Below are positions 55,796 through 64,000 of a DNA stretch of 64,000 nucleotides, piece after piece. The stretch spans positions 1-64,000 of IMG/VR virus record IMGVR_UViG_3300012988_000001, one strand, 5' to 3'. Numbering within the stretch: position 1 is the first letter of the stretch; the number at the start of each line of letters is the position of its first letter. Under the pieces are notes generated by a model. The model saw nothing but the letters and a program-made list of their open reading frames with translations, searched no databases and was not told the DNA's origin. A program made the position numbers and the translations under genes.

Positions 55796-56697
55796 TGTTA
55801 CAGATTGGTTCACGAGCACTAAAACAATATATCCCACAAATCGTACCTAACGATTTTGATTTCATGATCACCGCCGATGAACTATCTGACGTTATCAAAC
55901 AACACTCGGTTGATGATATGAAGTTCACTATGTTCAAACAGACTGATACGTACTGTTGTTATGAATATAATGACCATATGTATGAGTACTACATTGCTAA
56001 AGACAATAATAGTACTGAACAGATTCTCCGTTACTGTAATGCTATTGGTGATAATGTAGTAATGAATGCTTCTCTTGAAGTACTATACATGATTAAACTA
56101 TCTCACCGTTACTTGCGTAATAGTCCACACTTCATCAAAACTCGTGGTCATATCCGTGATATGGAAAAGTTTGGGGCGACATTGACATGCCCGGAGTTAA
56201 AGCGTATCCTAGCATTGCGTGAGAAAGAAACGTATAATTACACCCACCCAGTACTTGATCAATCCAAAGAAACCTTCTTCCAAGATGAAGTGGGTTATAT
56301 CTATGACCATGATACTATTCATGAGGCGATTGCTATCATGGATGCACCTGCGTACAAAGAGTACATGAAAGATGGTGCGGAAGTAATGGTAGATAAAGAG
56401 AAGTTCTTCGCTCTTTCCGAGATTAAACAATTACTAGGAGTATATGAAGAGACTTGTGTACTTGCATTAGAACGTTGTTTAATCCCATTCGATTATCAAC
56501 CGACACCTAAGCAAGCATTCGTTATGGCTCTTTCTAAAGTCTGTACTAGCATTACTTCAGGTTGGTTCCGGGAATTCGCTTATCAGAACTTCTATAAAGT
56601 AATTGCTTTGTACCGTGAGTTTGGTGAAGATGATTATGTTAATCGTTTCAAAGCAAATCAACACATGATTAAACCTTTCAAAGAGGAAATGAAATGA
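55795..56697 (+). CDS. Conserved phage protein, possible nucleotidyltransferase fold
   Basis: IGSRAL...NDFDF (GS..DxD); YDHDTIHE. Confidence 0.55.
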   Translation: MLQIGSRALKQYIPQIVPNDFDFMITADELSDVIKQHSVDDMKFTMFKQTDTYCCYEYNDHMYEYYIAKDNNSTEQILRYCNAIGDNVVMNASLEVLYMIKLSHRYLRNSPHFIKTRGHIRDMEKFGATLTCPELKRILALREKETYNYTHPVLDQSKETFFQDEVGYIYDHDTIHEAIAIMDAPAYKEYMKDGAEVMVDKEKFFALSEIKQLLGVYEETCVLALERCLIPFDYQPTPKQAFVMALSKVCTSITSGWFREFAYQNFYKVIALYREFGEDDYVNRFKANQHMIKPFKEEMK

Positions 56698-57029
56698 AAG
56701 AATCAAAAATCTATTACTCCGATTCTGGTCAGTTATTCTATGACATTGATGAAGCAGTAATGAATGATAAGATGGAAGAACTACGTAAGCAATCTGCTGA
56801 AATTTATAACAAGATGCAACAACTTCAAGAAAATTGTTCACATAAGCACATGACTGTTAGTGCATACTCTGATACTGGAAACTATTGTCGTTCCGATGAC
56901 TCGTTCTGGTACGAAGGGACTTGTCGTGCGTGTGGTCAAACCTTCCGGGAAGATCAATCTTACGGTGGAATCCTTGACAAGCGTTATACTGCAATCGGTC
57001 GTGATCCACGAGTGGAGAAGAAAAAGTGA
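56694..57029 (+). CDS. Hypothetical protein, Cys/His-containing
   Basis: CSHKH; CRACG. Confidence 0.7.
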   Translation: MKESKIYYSDSGQLFYDIDEAVMNDKMEELRKQSAEIYNKMQQLQENCSHKHMTVSAYSDTGNYCRSDDSFWYEGTCRACGQTFREDQSYGGILDKRYTAIGRDPRVEKKK

Positions 57030-57709
57030 CACGTGATGAGCACACTAGGCTTATACGAGAACACAGAGAGGCTCAGAAAGCGTTATTCGATAAAACTATT
57101 GCTTTGTATGACAAACATATAAGGCCGCTAGAGATGAATCGTACAGACGCTGAGTGCCATGTTGCTGAATGTAGGTACAGTGGTGACGTAGATAAAGTCA
57201 ATGAGTTGGAAGTCGAGATTGATGAGTACACAAGAGATATTAAGTCTCTTGAAATATCAATTGGCCTCACTGACTTGGTTGAAGAAGGGGATCGCATGGA
57301 AGAAATACTTAATACCATGAAAGCCAATGCTCAATATGAATTAACAGAGTATGAGTACTGGACAAGTTCTATACCCGATGTTCATGACCGTGGCCTATAC
57401 TTTTCTGATTTTGGCTTAGTCTGTAGTACAATCTTCGGTATAACTAATGTTATAACCGTGAATAATTTGAATAAGAAATTCAATCAGGATGAACATATTC
57501 CATTCTTAGAAGGTATTTCACCCTTCATGCCATATAACCACGTATTAGATGGTATGGATGTTGTTCATTATGTATTTGAGATGAACACTGCCTGTACTAT
57601 TGCATACAGTAAAGAAAAAACAACTTGGTACTTACTAATGGAAGGGGATATCGTATTTGAAAGCGAGAACCTTAAAGACATTTTCGAGTACAGAAATATA
57701 GTAGGTTAA
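57026..57709 (+). CDS. Hypothetical coiled-coil protein
   Basis: GTG start, GGAG RBS. Confidence 0.7.
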   Translation: MTRDEHTRLIREHREAQKALFDKTIALYDKHIRPLEMNRTDAECHVAECRYSGDVDKVNELEVEIDEYTRDIKSLEISIGLTDLVEEGDRMEEILNTMKANAQYELTEYEYWTSSIPDVHDRGLYFSDFGLVCSTIFGITNVITVNNLNKKFNQDEHIPFLEGISPFMPYNHVLDGMDVVHYVFEMNTACTIAYSKEKTTWYLLMEGDIVFESENLKDIFEYRNIVG

Positions 57710-57710
57710 T

Positions 57711-58337
57711 ATGGAATTTATAAACGACGCTGGTTATAAAGTATCGTTGTATGAAACCGTTGATGGGAAGTACAAGCAGACGTGGCAATGTCCGATATAT
57801 AAGAAATGGCATGATATGAAAACTCGTATTGTAAATGAGAAATATCACGACAAGAAGCCAACATACATAGGCTCAGATATACATGAGGATTGGCTATACT
57901 TTAGTAAATTCAAAATGTGGATTGATAATCATCAGGTTGGATCTTATATAAATGAATTGGAACTTGACAAAGACTTAAAAACCCATTTACATACATATTC
58001 ACCAGACACATGTCTTTTAGTCCCAATGTATATCAACAATGCATACCGAATTAGTGCTGGTAGTAGGGGCGTATTACCCCTTGGTGTTTCACTGGACCGA
58101 AATTTGTATAAAACATCAGTGAGAATGTTTGGAGTACTGAAAAATAAAGGTAGATATAAAACACCCGAAGAAGCACATCGTGTATGGCAATTGGGTAAAA
58201 TAGAATATACCGATATGATAATTGAAAAATATCAAACAGAACCTTTCTATTATAAAGATGTGGAAGATGCTTTGATGAAGATTAAAAATCAGTTATCATA
58301 TGAATATCTTAATAATATTGAGACTAAAAAAATATGA
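57711..58337 (+). CDS. Putative HNH-related homing endonuclease
   Basis: Y..W.DM..R...PTY.G....W.YFS.F..W...LDKDL...YSP.TC..VP..IN pattern. Confidence 0.55.
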   Translation: MEFINDAGYKVSLYETVDGKYKQTWQCPIYKKWHDMKTRIVNEKYHDKKPTYIGSDIHEDWLYFSKFKMWIDNHQVGSYINELELDKDLKTHLHTYSPDTCLLVPMYINNAYRISAGSRGVLPLGVSLDRNLYKTSVRMFGVLKNKGRYKTPEEAHRVWQLGKIEYTDMIIEKYQTEPFYYKDVEDALMKIKNQLSYEYLNNIETKKI

Positions 58338-59077
58338 ATCATTTTCAAAAAATAGTCATCCCAGATGACAAAAACTTATACTTTGTAGGAGATCTTCATG
58401 GTAACGCAGACCTCTATGACCGGACTCTTCATGAGTTCGGAATTACTGATAATGATGTGGTTGTAAGTGTTGGGGATGTAATAGATCGTGGTCCAAGAAG
58501 TGCACGTTTGTTATTCGAATTTCTATTCAAACCAAATCGCTATATGATTATCGGAAATCACGAGGACATGTGCATTCGTGGTGAAACACGCCGTGACTTC
58601 TATCATTGCTGGCAGTCTAACGGTGGTAATGTTTTCCTTGACGAAGTGGGTGATAGTGGTATACAATTCTTCCGCCAATACTTAGACCAACTACCTCTCA
58701 TCCTAGAAGTACACCACCGTGGCAAGAAATATGGTGTTGTACATGGTGGCGTTCCTACACGCTTCACTGATTGGGATACATTCGTAGCTGCTGTTAAGCC
58801 TATGCAATGGAATATCATTGAAGAAATTATCTGGGACCGGAAAGTATTTGACGACTGCCGTAATAACAATTCCCCTCAAGCCCCACACATCGCTGGGATT
58901 GATTATGTACTCTCTGGTCACACTGGAGTGGTAGACCCACTTGTATATGGTAACCGAATCTGGATTGATAGTCAGTTCTTGAGTGGTGATTTAACCTTCA
59001 GTACTTTCAATGGTAATACCCCACGTCATTTCCGTAGAGAGAAAGACCAATATAGTTTTAACCGCTTCACGAGGTAA
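58334..59077 (+). CDS. Ser/Thr protein phosphatase (lambda NinI/PphA-like)
   Basis: GDLHG, GDVIDRGP, GNHE, HGG, SGHT motifs. Confidence 0.92.
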   Translation: MNHFQKIVIPDDKNLYFVGDLHGNADLYDRTLHEFGITDNDVVVSVGDVIDRGPRSARLLFEFLFKPNRYMIIGNHEDMCIRGETRRDFYHCWQSNGGNVFLDEVGDSGIQFFRQYLDQLPLILEVHHRGKKYGVVHGGVPTRFTDWDTFVAAVKPMQWNIIEEIIWDRKVFDDCRNNNSPQAPHIAGIDYVLSGHTGVVDPLVYGNRIWIDSQFLSGDLTFSTFNGNTPRHFRREKDQYSFNRFTR

Positions 59078-59078
59078 T

Positions 59079-59366
59079 ATGAGTAATCAACTGGAGTTTG
59101 AGATTGGATTGGATCGAGTTAAGATGTATTATGAATTGGCATCGCAAACGCTAAAGAAAACTGAGAAGTTCTTAAAAGATGAAGAAGTATTCATAGACTT
59201 CGATTCTAATCGATCAACTATGTTCGCTGAACTAATTGGAAAGAAAACTTTCTTCAATCGTTTTACAGATGCTGGATTACATTGTGTAATTTATTATTAT
59301 GATGGTCAAGAAGTTGAAGAATGCTGGCATGTTCCAGTTGAACTGATTAAATTCAAGGAATACTAA
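59079..59366 (+). CDS. Hypothetical protein
   Basis: GAGG RBS. Confidence 0.72.
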   Translation: MSNQLEFEIGLDRVKMYYELASQTLKKTEKFLKDEEVFIDFDSNRSTMFAELIGKKTFFNRFTDAGLHCVIYYYDGQEVEECWHVPVELIKFKEY

Positions 59367-59653
59367 TGAAAGAATTAAAACATAATGATAATTGGAACGG
59401 TGGAAGTTTCAATTTCAGTACTGAAGAAGTACTCAATAAAGAAATTGTAATTCGTTCCCCGGCAAATGCTGGTGTTGGAACAGGTAAAATTGTCAAAGAA
59501 ATAAAACGTTTCGGAACTGATCATGGTCATGGTCATGAGTATCGTTGGGAAAGTGTAGATTATCTTTATCAAATGCCTGATGATATGTTCGACCGCAACA
59601 CTAAATTACTAGACTTACTCAATCGTGGTTATCTAGTCTTTCTAAAGGATTAA
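59366..59653 (+). CDS. Hypothetical protein
   Basis: TAATG coupling. Confidence 0.72.
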   Translation: MKELKHNDNWNGGSFNFSTEEVLNKEIVIRSPANAGVGTGKIVKEIKRFGTDHGHGHEYRWESVDYLYQMPDDMFDRNTKLLDLLNRGYLVFLKD

Positions 59654-59654
59654 T

Positions 59655-60143
59655 ATGAAACTATATCTACTAACAAATATGTACATGGGCGGTACTCATC
59701 CGGGTGTACAAGGCGTTCACTCCGCTATTGAACTAGTCACAAAGTACACATATGATGGTCGTGACTTCCCTGAACTCGAACAGCAAGTAGTAGAGTTCAC
59801 AGAGCAGCATAAGACCGTAATCATGCTACGTAGTGGTATGGACCACAATGGTCTTCAAGAATTAGTTGACAGTCTAGACCAACTTCAGGGTGCAGTATCT
59901 TTTGCTCGTAGTCGCATGGAAGATTATCAACCAGACTTCCCACTACTACCATTCGCTGAGTTCAAAGAGCCGGGTCTAAACAACTCAATCACTAGTGTTG
60001 CAGTACTATGCACCGCTGAAATGGTTAATGACATGGCTGAACTAAGAAAAGGTGAGCTAAGTGAACGATACATGGTATCGGTGTATGGTGAAGTGGTAGG
60101 TGAACTACTAATGAAAATGGCTTATATGGGACTAGTATCATGA
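59655..60143 (+). CDS. Peptidyl-tRNA hydrolase 2 (PTH2)-like protein
   Basis: LYLLTNMYM.G..PGVQGVHSA.E; KTVIML; EPGLN...TSVAV. Confidence 0.55.
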   Translation: MKLYLLTNMYMGGTHPGVQGVHSAIELVTKYTYDGRDFPELEQQVVEFTEQHKTVIMLRSGMDHNGLQELVDSLDQLQGAVSFARSRMEDYQPDFPLLPFAEFKEPGLNNSITSVAVLCTAEMVNDMAELRKGELSERYMVSVYGEVVGELLMKMAYMGLVS

Positions 60144-60367
60144 AAGAAATTGAAGTAACAGTAATCAAATACCAAACAGAAGATGGTAAAATCTTCGAAA
60201 ACCCAAATGAAGCAGAACACCACGAGCGTATGTTAAATGGTTCACGCCGTGTATGTACGTCCTGTAAAGGTTCGGGGCGTGTTCTAAGTGTTGATATGCG
60301 TTCAACTGAACCATGTCATGATTGTAACCAAAAAGGCTGGCAAGAAAAAGTAGAGGTGTGGAAATAA
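60140..60367 (+). CDS. Small DnaJ-type zinc-finger protein
   Basis: CTSCKGSG...CHDCNQKG. Confidence 0.65.
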   Translation: MKEIEVTVIKYQTEDGKIFENPNEAEHHERMLNGSRRVCTSCKGSGRVLSVDMRSTEPCHDCNQKGWQEKVEVWK

Positions 60368-61572
60368 TGGCAATTCCTAAGAAGTTTTATGTATCCCGTA
60401 ACTATCGCGGGACCGAAGAAGTACTAGGCTTTATGGTTGTCGCAGATGCGGAACATACTAAAGCATTCCAGAAGAAGAAAGAAACTGCTGACCGTTGGGC
60501 GAGAGGAAGTCAAGTTGAACCAATCTACGTTGACAACGTTCCTCGTACTGGTTTCCAAATCGTAACTAATGTATCTAGATATAGTACTTCTAACGTAGTT
60601 TGGCGTTGTTATCACCCTGAAGGTTTTGAGTTTGAAATTACTTCAGATAACTTTATGGATCTAATTCAAACAAGTACAATCATTGAGGGTGCAATCCAAG
60701 AAGAACTATTCTTCACTGATAACAAGAAACTTGTTAGTACTAAGACAAAACTATTTGCAAAAGAAATCGCACTAGAAGAGAAGAAAGCAGAACAAGCAAC
60801 TCTACTATCTACTATCGAAGAAGGTGATATCTTTGAGTTTGCTGAAGAAAATTATCGGGAAATGTACAAAGACAAATATCAGTACTGTGGAAAGTACCAC
60901 GTTCTAGTAATGAACAAAACCAAACCACTATGCGTTCCAGAAAAGTCTTCTAAGAAAGAAGTTATTCAAAACCTAACTACTGGTAAGTATCATATTCGTT
61001 CTAAGATCTCACACATTTCTATTCGTAAATGTGGTAGTGGTAAAATTGATCGTTCTCAAGTTGTTGAAGCACTAAACGTCACACTACGTGATCCATTTAC
61101 TTCAACTGGTGGACGTGCATATGACCCACTAAACGATCATTACCATCTATTTGTGGCGGGTGATGCAAAACCATTCAAGAAGAGTGATTGTACTGTTGAG
61201 TACAAAGATATTGACCCACGCACAATTCGATGCTATACCGATGAGTACTTTATGTACTATGAATATCGTGGTAAAACCATGCGTATTCTAGGGGCATATT
61301 CTGACGACACTGGCTATTATCGAAATGAGAAAGCACAGAAAGAAACTTGGGCTGCTGCAAGTGGTATATTCGCATTTGATGCAGAACTACTAGAGAATGG
61401 ACAGTTGGATATGGTTGGTGTGGACTTAGAAGCACACAAAGGCTTCAGTGGCTGGCGTAATGAAACACCATTCTATGGTTTCGGACGTTATCATAGTGAT
61501 GCACCACATAAGCTACATTTCGACAAAATGCCAGAAACAATCAAGTTTGGGACGATTAAAATTGGGAAGTAA
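60367..61572 (+). CDS. Conserved phage protein
   Basis: Long ORF; DNVPRTGF, HPEGFEFEI motifs; function unknown. Confidence 0.8.
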   Translation: MAIPKKFYVSRNYRGTEEVLGFMVVADAEHTKAFQKKKETADRWARGSQVEPIYVDNVPRTGFQIVTNVSRYSTSNVVWRCYHPEGFEFEITSDNFMDLIQTSTIIEGAIQEELFFTDNKKLVSTKTKLFAKEIALEEKKAEQATLLSTIEEGDIFEFAEENYREMYKDKYQYCGKYHVLVMNKTKPLCVPEKSSKKEVIQNLTTGKYHIRSKISHISIRKCGSGKIDRSQVVEALNVTLRDPFTSTGGRAYDPLNDHYHLFVAGDAKPFKKSDCTVEYKDIDPRTIRCYTDEYFMYYEYRGKTMRILGAYSDDTGYYRNEKAQKETWAAASGIFAFDAELLENGQLDMVGVDLEAHKGFSGWRNETPFYGFGRYHSDAPHKLHFDKMPETIKFGTIKIGK

Positions 61573-61599
61573 ATACTTCCCAACTCATGGAGGATAAAC

Positions 61600-63030
61600 A
61601 TGAAAGATATTCTATCAATTCTAACTGAGATCAAAAATGATCCCAGTACTCTAGCTAAGAAACGTATTCTTACTGAGAACAAAGATAATCCAGTACTAGC
61701 ACGTGTACTCAAGCTCGCTCTTGATCCGGGCATTGTAAGTGGTTATAAAAAGATACCAGCACCACTACATGGTTTTTGTGATGAAATGGATTTAAATACT
61801 GCTCTAGATGAGTTAGATGCAATCTATTCTCGTAAACTTACAGGCCACACAGGTCGGGATTTCATTGCAAACATCCTTGGTTCAGTTTCAGATAACGATG
61901 CAGAAGTAATCCGTCGCGTACTAACCAAAGATCTAGAATGTGGTGCAAGTGACAAGATTACCAATGACGTATTCGGTAAAGGTTTTATCAAAGATGAACC
62001 TTACATGCGTTGTTCACTAGTAGATACTAAAACTATTCGTAACATTGATTTTGCAACTTACGGATATGCAGTATCTGAAACTAAGATGGATGGTCAGTAC
62101 TTAAACCATACAATCATCAATAACCAATTGACCTGTACTTCCCGTAATGGTAAAGTATATGACTTCCTCGGTGCTCGTGATGAGCTAATGGCAAACCTAG
62201 CACAGTCCGTACAGAAGCGTGATAATCGTTTCGGTAGCGGCGTTGTGTTCAACGGTGAATGCCTAATGATGGACGAAAGTGGACGTATTCTACCTCGCGA
62301 AACTGGTAATGGTATTATCCAGAAAGCGGGCAAAGGTACTATGACACCATTTGATTCTATGCGTGTGGTATTCGTTCTATGGGATGTTCTACCTTATGAT
62401 GCATTCCAAGAAGGTATTTGGGAAGTATCCCGTAAAGAGCGTCGTGAGCTATTAGAATCGGCTATTCAAGATATCGACTCTGAGTTTATTCAGATGGTTG
62501 AGTACCAAAAAGTACTAAACGTTACGGAAGCATTCGAGCATAACACACTTCTAATGGAACGTGGTGAAGAGGGTTCAGTACTAAAATGTGAAAGTGCTAT
62601 TTGGAAGTCTCACACATCTCCTAAGCAGTTGAAGATGAAACTCAAGATGCAACTCGACCTACGTATTGTCGGTTTCAATGAAGGTGAGAAGAAGCGTACC
62701 GGGATGCTTGGTTCATTGATTCTAGAATCTGAAGATGGTCAATTGACCACAAACTGCGGTACTGGTATCAAAGAGAAAGATGCTGAGTGGACATTCAAAA
62801 GTATCTGGGAAAAACGCGATGAGCTAATGGGTAAAGTTGTTACTATTGAATGTAACGAACTAACCAAAGACAAGAACTCTCTAATTCCAAAAGTGTTCCT
62901 ACCTGTATTCGTGGAATTCCGTTTTGACAAAGAAACCTGCGATACGTATGAACGTATTCTAGAAATCCGTGAAAGTGCAGTAGAAGTATTTGCTCAGACT
63001 ATTTCGGAGTCACTAAAAGGTAAAAAATAA
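61600..63030 (+). CDS. lig: ATP-dependent DNA ligase (T4 gp30-like)
   Basis: KMDG motif I, FNGE, LWDV, EGSVLK, OB-fold PVF..FR.DK. Confidence 0.95.
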   Translation: MKDILSILTEIKNDPSTLAKKRILTENKDNPVLARVLKLALDPGIVSGYKKIPAPLHGFCDEMDLNTALDELDAIYSRKLTGHTGRDFIANILGSVSDNDAEVIRRVLTKDLECGASDKITNDVFGKGFIKDEPYMRCSLVDTKTIRNIDFATYGYAVSETKMDGQYLNHTIINNQLTCTSRNGKVYDFLGARDELMANLAQSVQKRDNRFGSGVVFNGECLMMDESGRILPRETGNGIIQKAGKGTMTPFDSMRVVFVLWDVLPYDAFQEGIWEVSRKERRELLESAIQDIDSEFIQMVEYQKVLNVTEAFEHNTLLMERGEEGSVLKCESAIWKSHTSPKQLKMKLKMQLDLRIVGFNEGEKKRTGMLGSLILESEDGQLTTNCGTGIKEKDAEWTFKSIWEKRDELMGKVVTIECNELTKDKNSLIPKVFLPVFVEFRFDKETCDTYERILEIRESAVEVFAQTISESLKGKK

Positions 63031-63485
63031 TGCAAGTATTCACCGTGTATATTTTCAATGAACGATTGAGAAGTGATAAAAAGCAAGGGGATTTGGCAAT
63101 CGTCGTCCCCTTTGCCATGATTGATAAGTACTCTGTTCCAATTCCCGGTTATTCTAAAATGGCTGCAATGGCAGATGCTGTGTACGGGTATGATATTGAT
63201 AAAGGTCATTTCACTACGTATAAGAATCGTCAAATCGGTTCTGGTTACAATCATAACGTACCTTTTGAGTACTTAGTAAATTCTCGTAGTATCTGGTTCA
63301 TGAATGATTACATTGGTGAAGGAATGATGCTTAACCAATTGCTTGTGGGGCAACCAACGCCCCCACAAATGTATGGTAAAAAATATTGTGAAATATCACT
63401 TGCTGGGATGAGCCATATTGAGCTATACTTGTCAGCATTGAGTGGCTACTATGGAGAAGACGATGAAATTTGCAGTGATATCTGA
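63030..63485 (+). CDS. Hypothetical protein
   Basis: TAATG coupling. Confidence 0.7.
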   Translation: MQVFTVYIFNERLRSDKKQGDLAIVVPFAMIDKYSVPIPGYSKMAAMADAVYGYDIDKGHFTTYKNRQIGSGYNHNVPFEYLVNSRSIWFMNDYIGEGMMLNQLLVGQPTPPQMYGKKYCEISLAGMSHIELYLSALSGYYGEDDEICSDI

Positions 63486-64000
63486 TATTCACGGCGGGGT
63501 GGACTATCTTCATAGCGGAGACTTCAGTGATGTAGTACTAATCATTGCTGGAGACTTCGATGAAGCAAAGCGTTCCCGTTATCGGACAGAAATTGAAAAG
63601 TTGTGTGCTGTATTCAAGAATGTAGTACTAGTTCCCGGTAACCACGAGTACTATGGATCTAACATTCATAAGACTCACAAAGTACTGGAGCGTATGGATA
63701 TCGAAATCGATAACTTTATTTTTCTACAAAATAACTTTGTGTGGATTGATGATGTACTGGTTGTTGGTTCCACATTGTGGACGGACTACAACAATGATCC
63801 ATTGGTGAAGTTTGATGCTCGTATGAAGATGAATGATTACAAGCATATCCGTCATGGTACAGAATCTGAACCGTGGAAGAAAAAGCTCACAGTCGATGAC
63901 GTTGAGTTTATGCATTATGTTTCTAAGAAATATATCAAAGAAACTATTGACAGCATACGGATTCGGGTGCATAATGATATCAAGGTTGTGGTCGTCACAC
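63463..64000 (+). CDS. Calcineurin-like metallophosphoesterase (partial, runs off the window)
   Basis: Hand translation: ISDIHG, IAGD, VPGNHEYY, GSTLWTD. Confidence 0.88.
   Translation, partial: MKFAVISDIHGGVDYLHSGDFSDVVLIIAGDFDEAKRSRYRTEIEKLCAVFKNVVLVPGNHEYYGSNIHKTHKVLERMDIEIDNFIFLQNNFVWIDDVLVVGSTLWTDYNNDPLVKFDARMKMNDYKHIRHGTESEPWKKKLTVDDVEFMHYVSKKYIKETIDSIRIRVHNDIKVVVVT

Noticed and set aside
161-63972. Minus-strand ORFs in the track (e.g. 1478..1912, 11871..12224, 49870..50247)
   Set aside because: They are antisense shadows of RBS-supported + strand genes, with no RBS or motifs.

Overview
The window is part of a large lytic dsDNA phage genome. Essentially all real genes are on the + strand. 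Sigma70-type promoters, E. coli-type Chi sites and a YbiI/TraR-like gene suggest an enterobacterial host. The layout is reminiscent of RaK2/GAP32/CBB-like jumbo myoviruses, which is inference only, since no search was run. (1) 1-18.4 kb is an early/host-takeover module: about 45 small genes, about 30 strong promoters, 14 repeated promoter-stem-loop-RBS cassettes, 9 copies of a promoter-driven non-coding element with core CCCACAGGGTGC, and 15 Chi sites. It also carries TraR-like, ADP-ribosyltransferase-like and protein-kinase-like genes. (2) 18.6-49.5 kb holds an HNH gene, then 36 divergent paralogues in three clusters sharing a C-terminal [DE]ExxFQxS[LT] motif. These are interrupted by a 0.6 kb structured intergenic region, an adenine methyltransferase, a HIGH-motif nucleotidyltransferase and an HD hydrolase. 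(3) 49.5-64 kb encodes RNA ligase 1, polynucleotide kinase/phosphatase, a Ser/Thr phosphatase, a PTH2-like protein, DNA ligase and a metallophosphoesterase. The palindrome AGTACT is strongly over-represented throughout. No tRNA, rRNA, CRISPR array or integrase was seen. All counts and alignments were done by eye.
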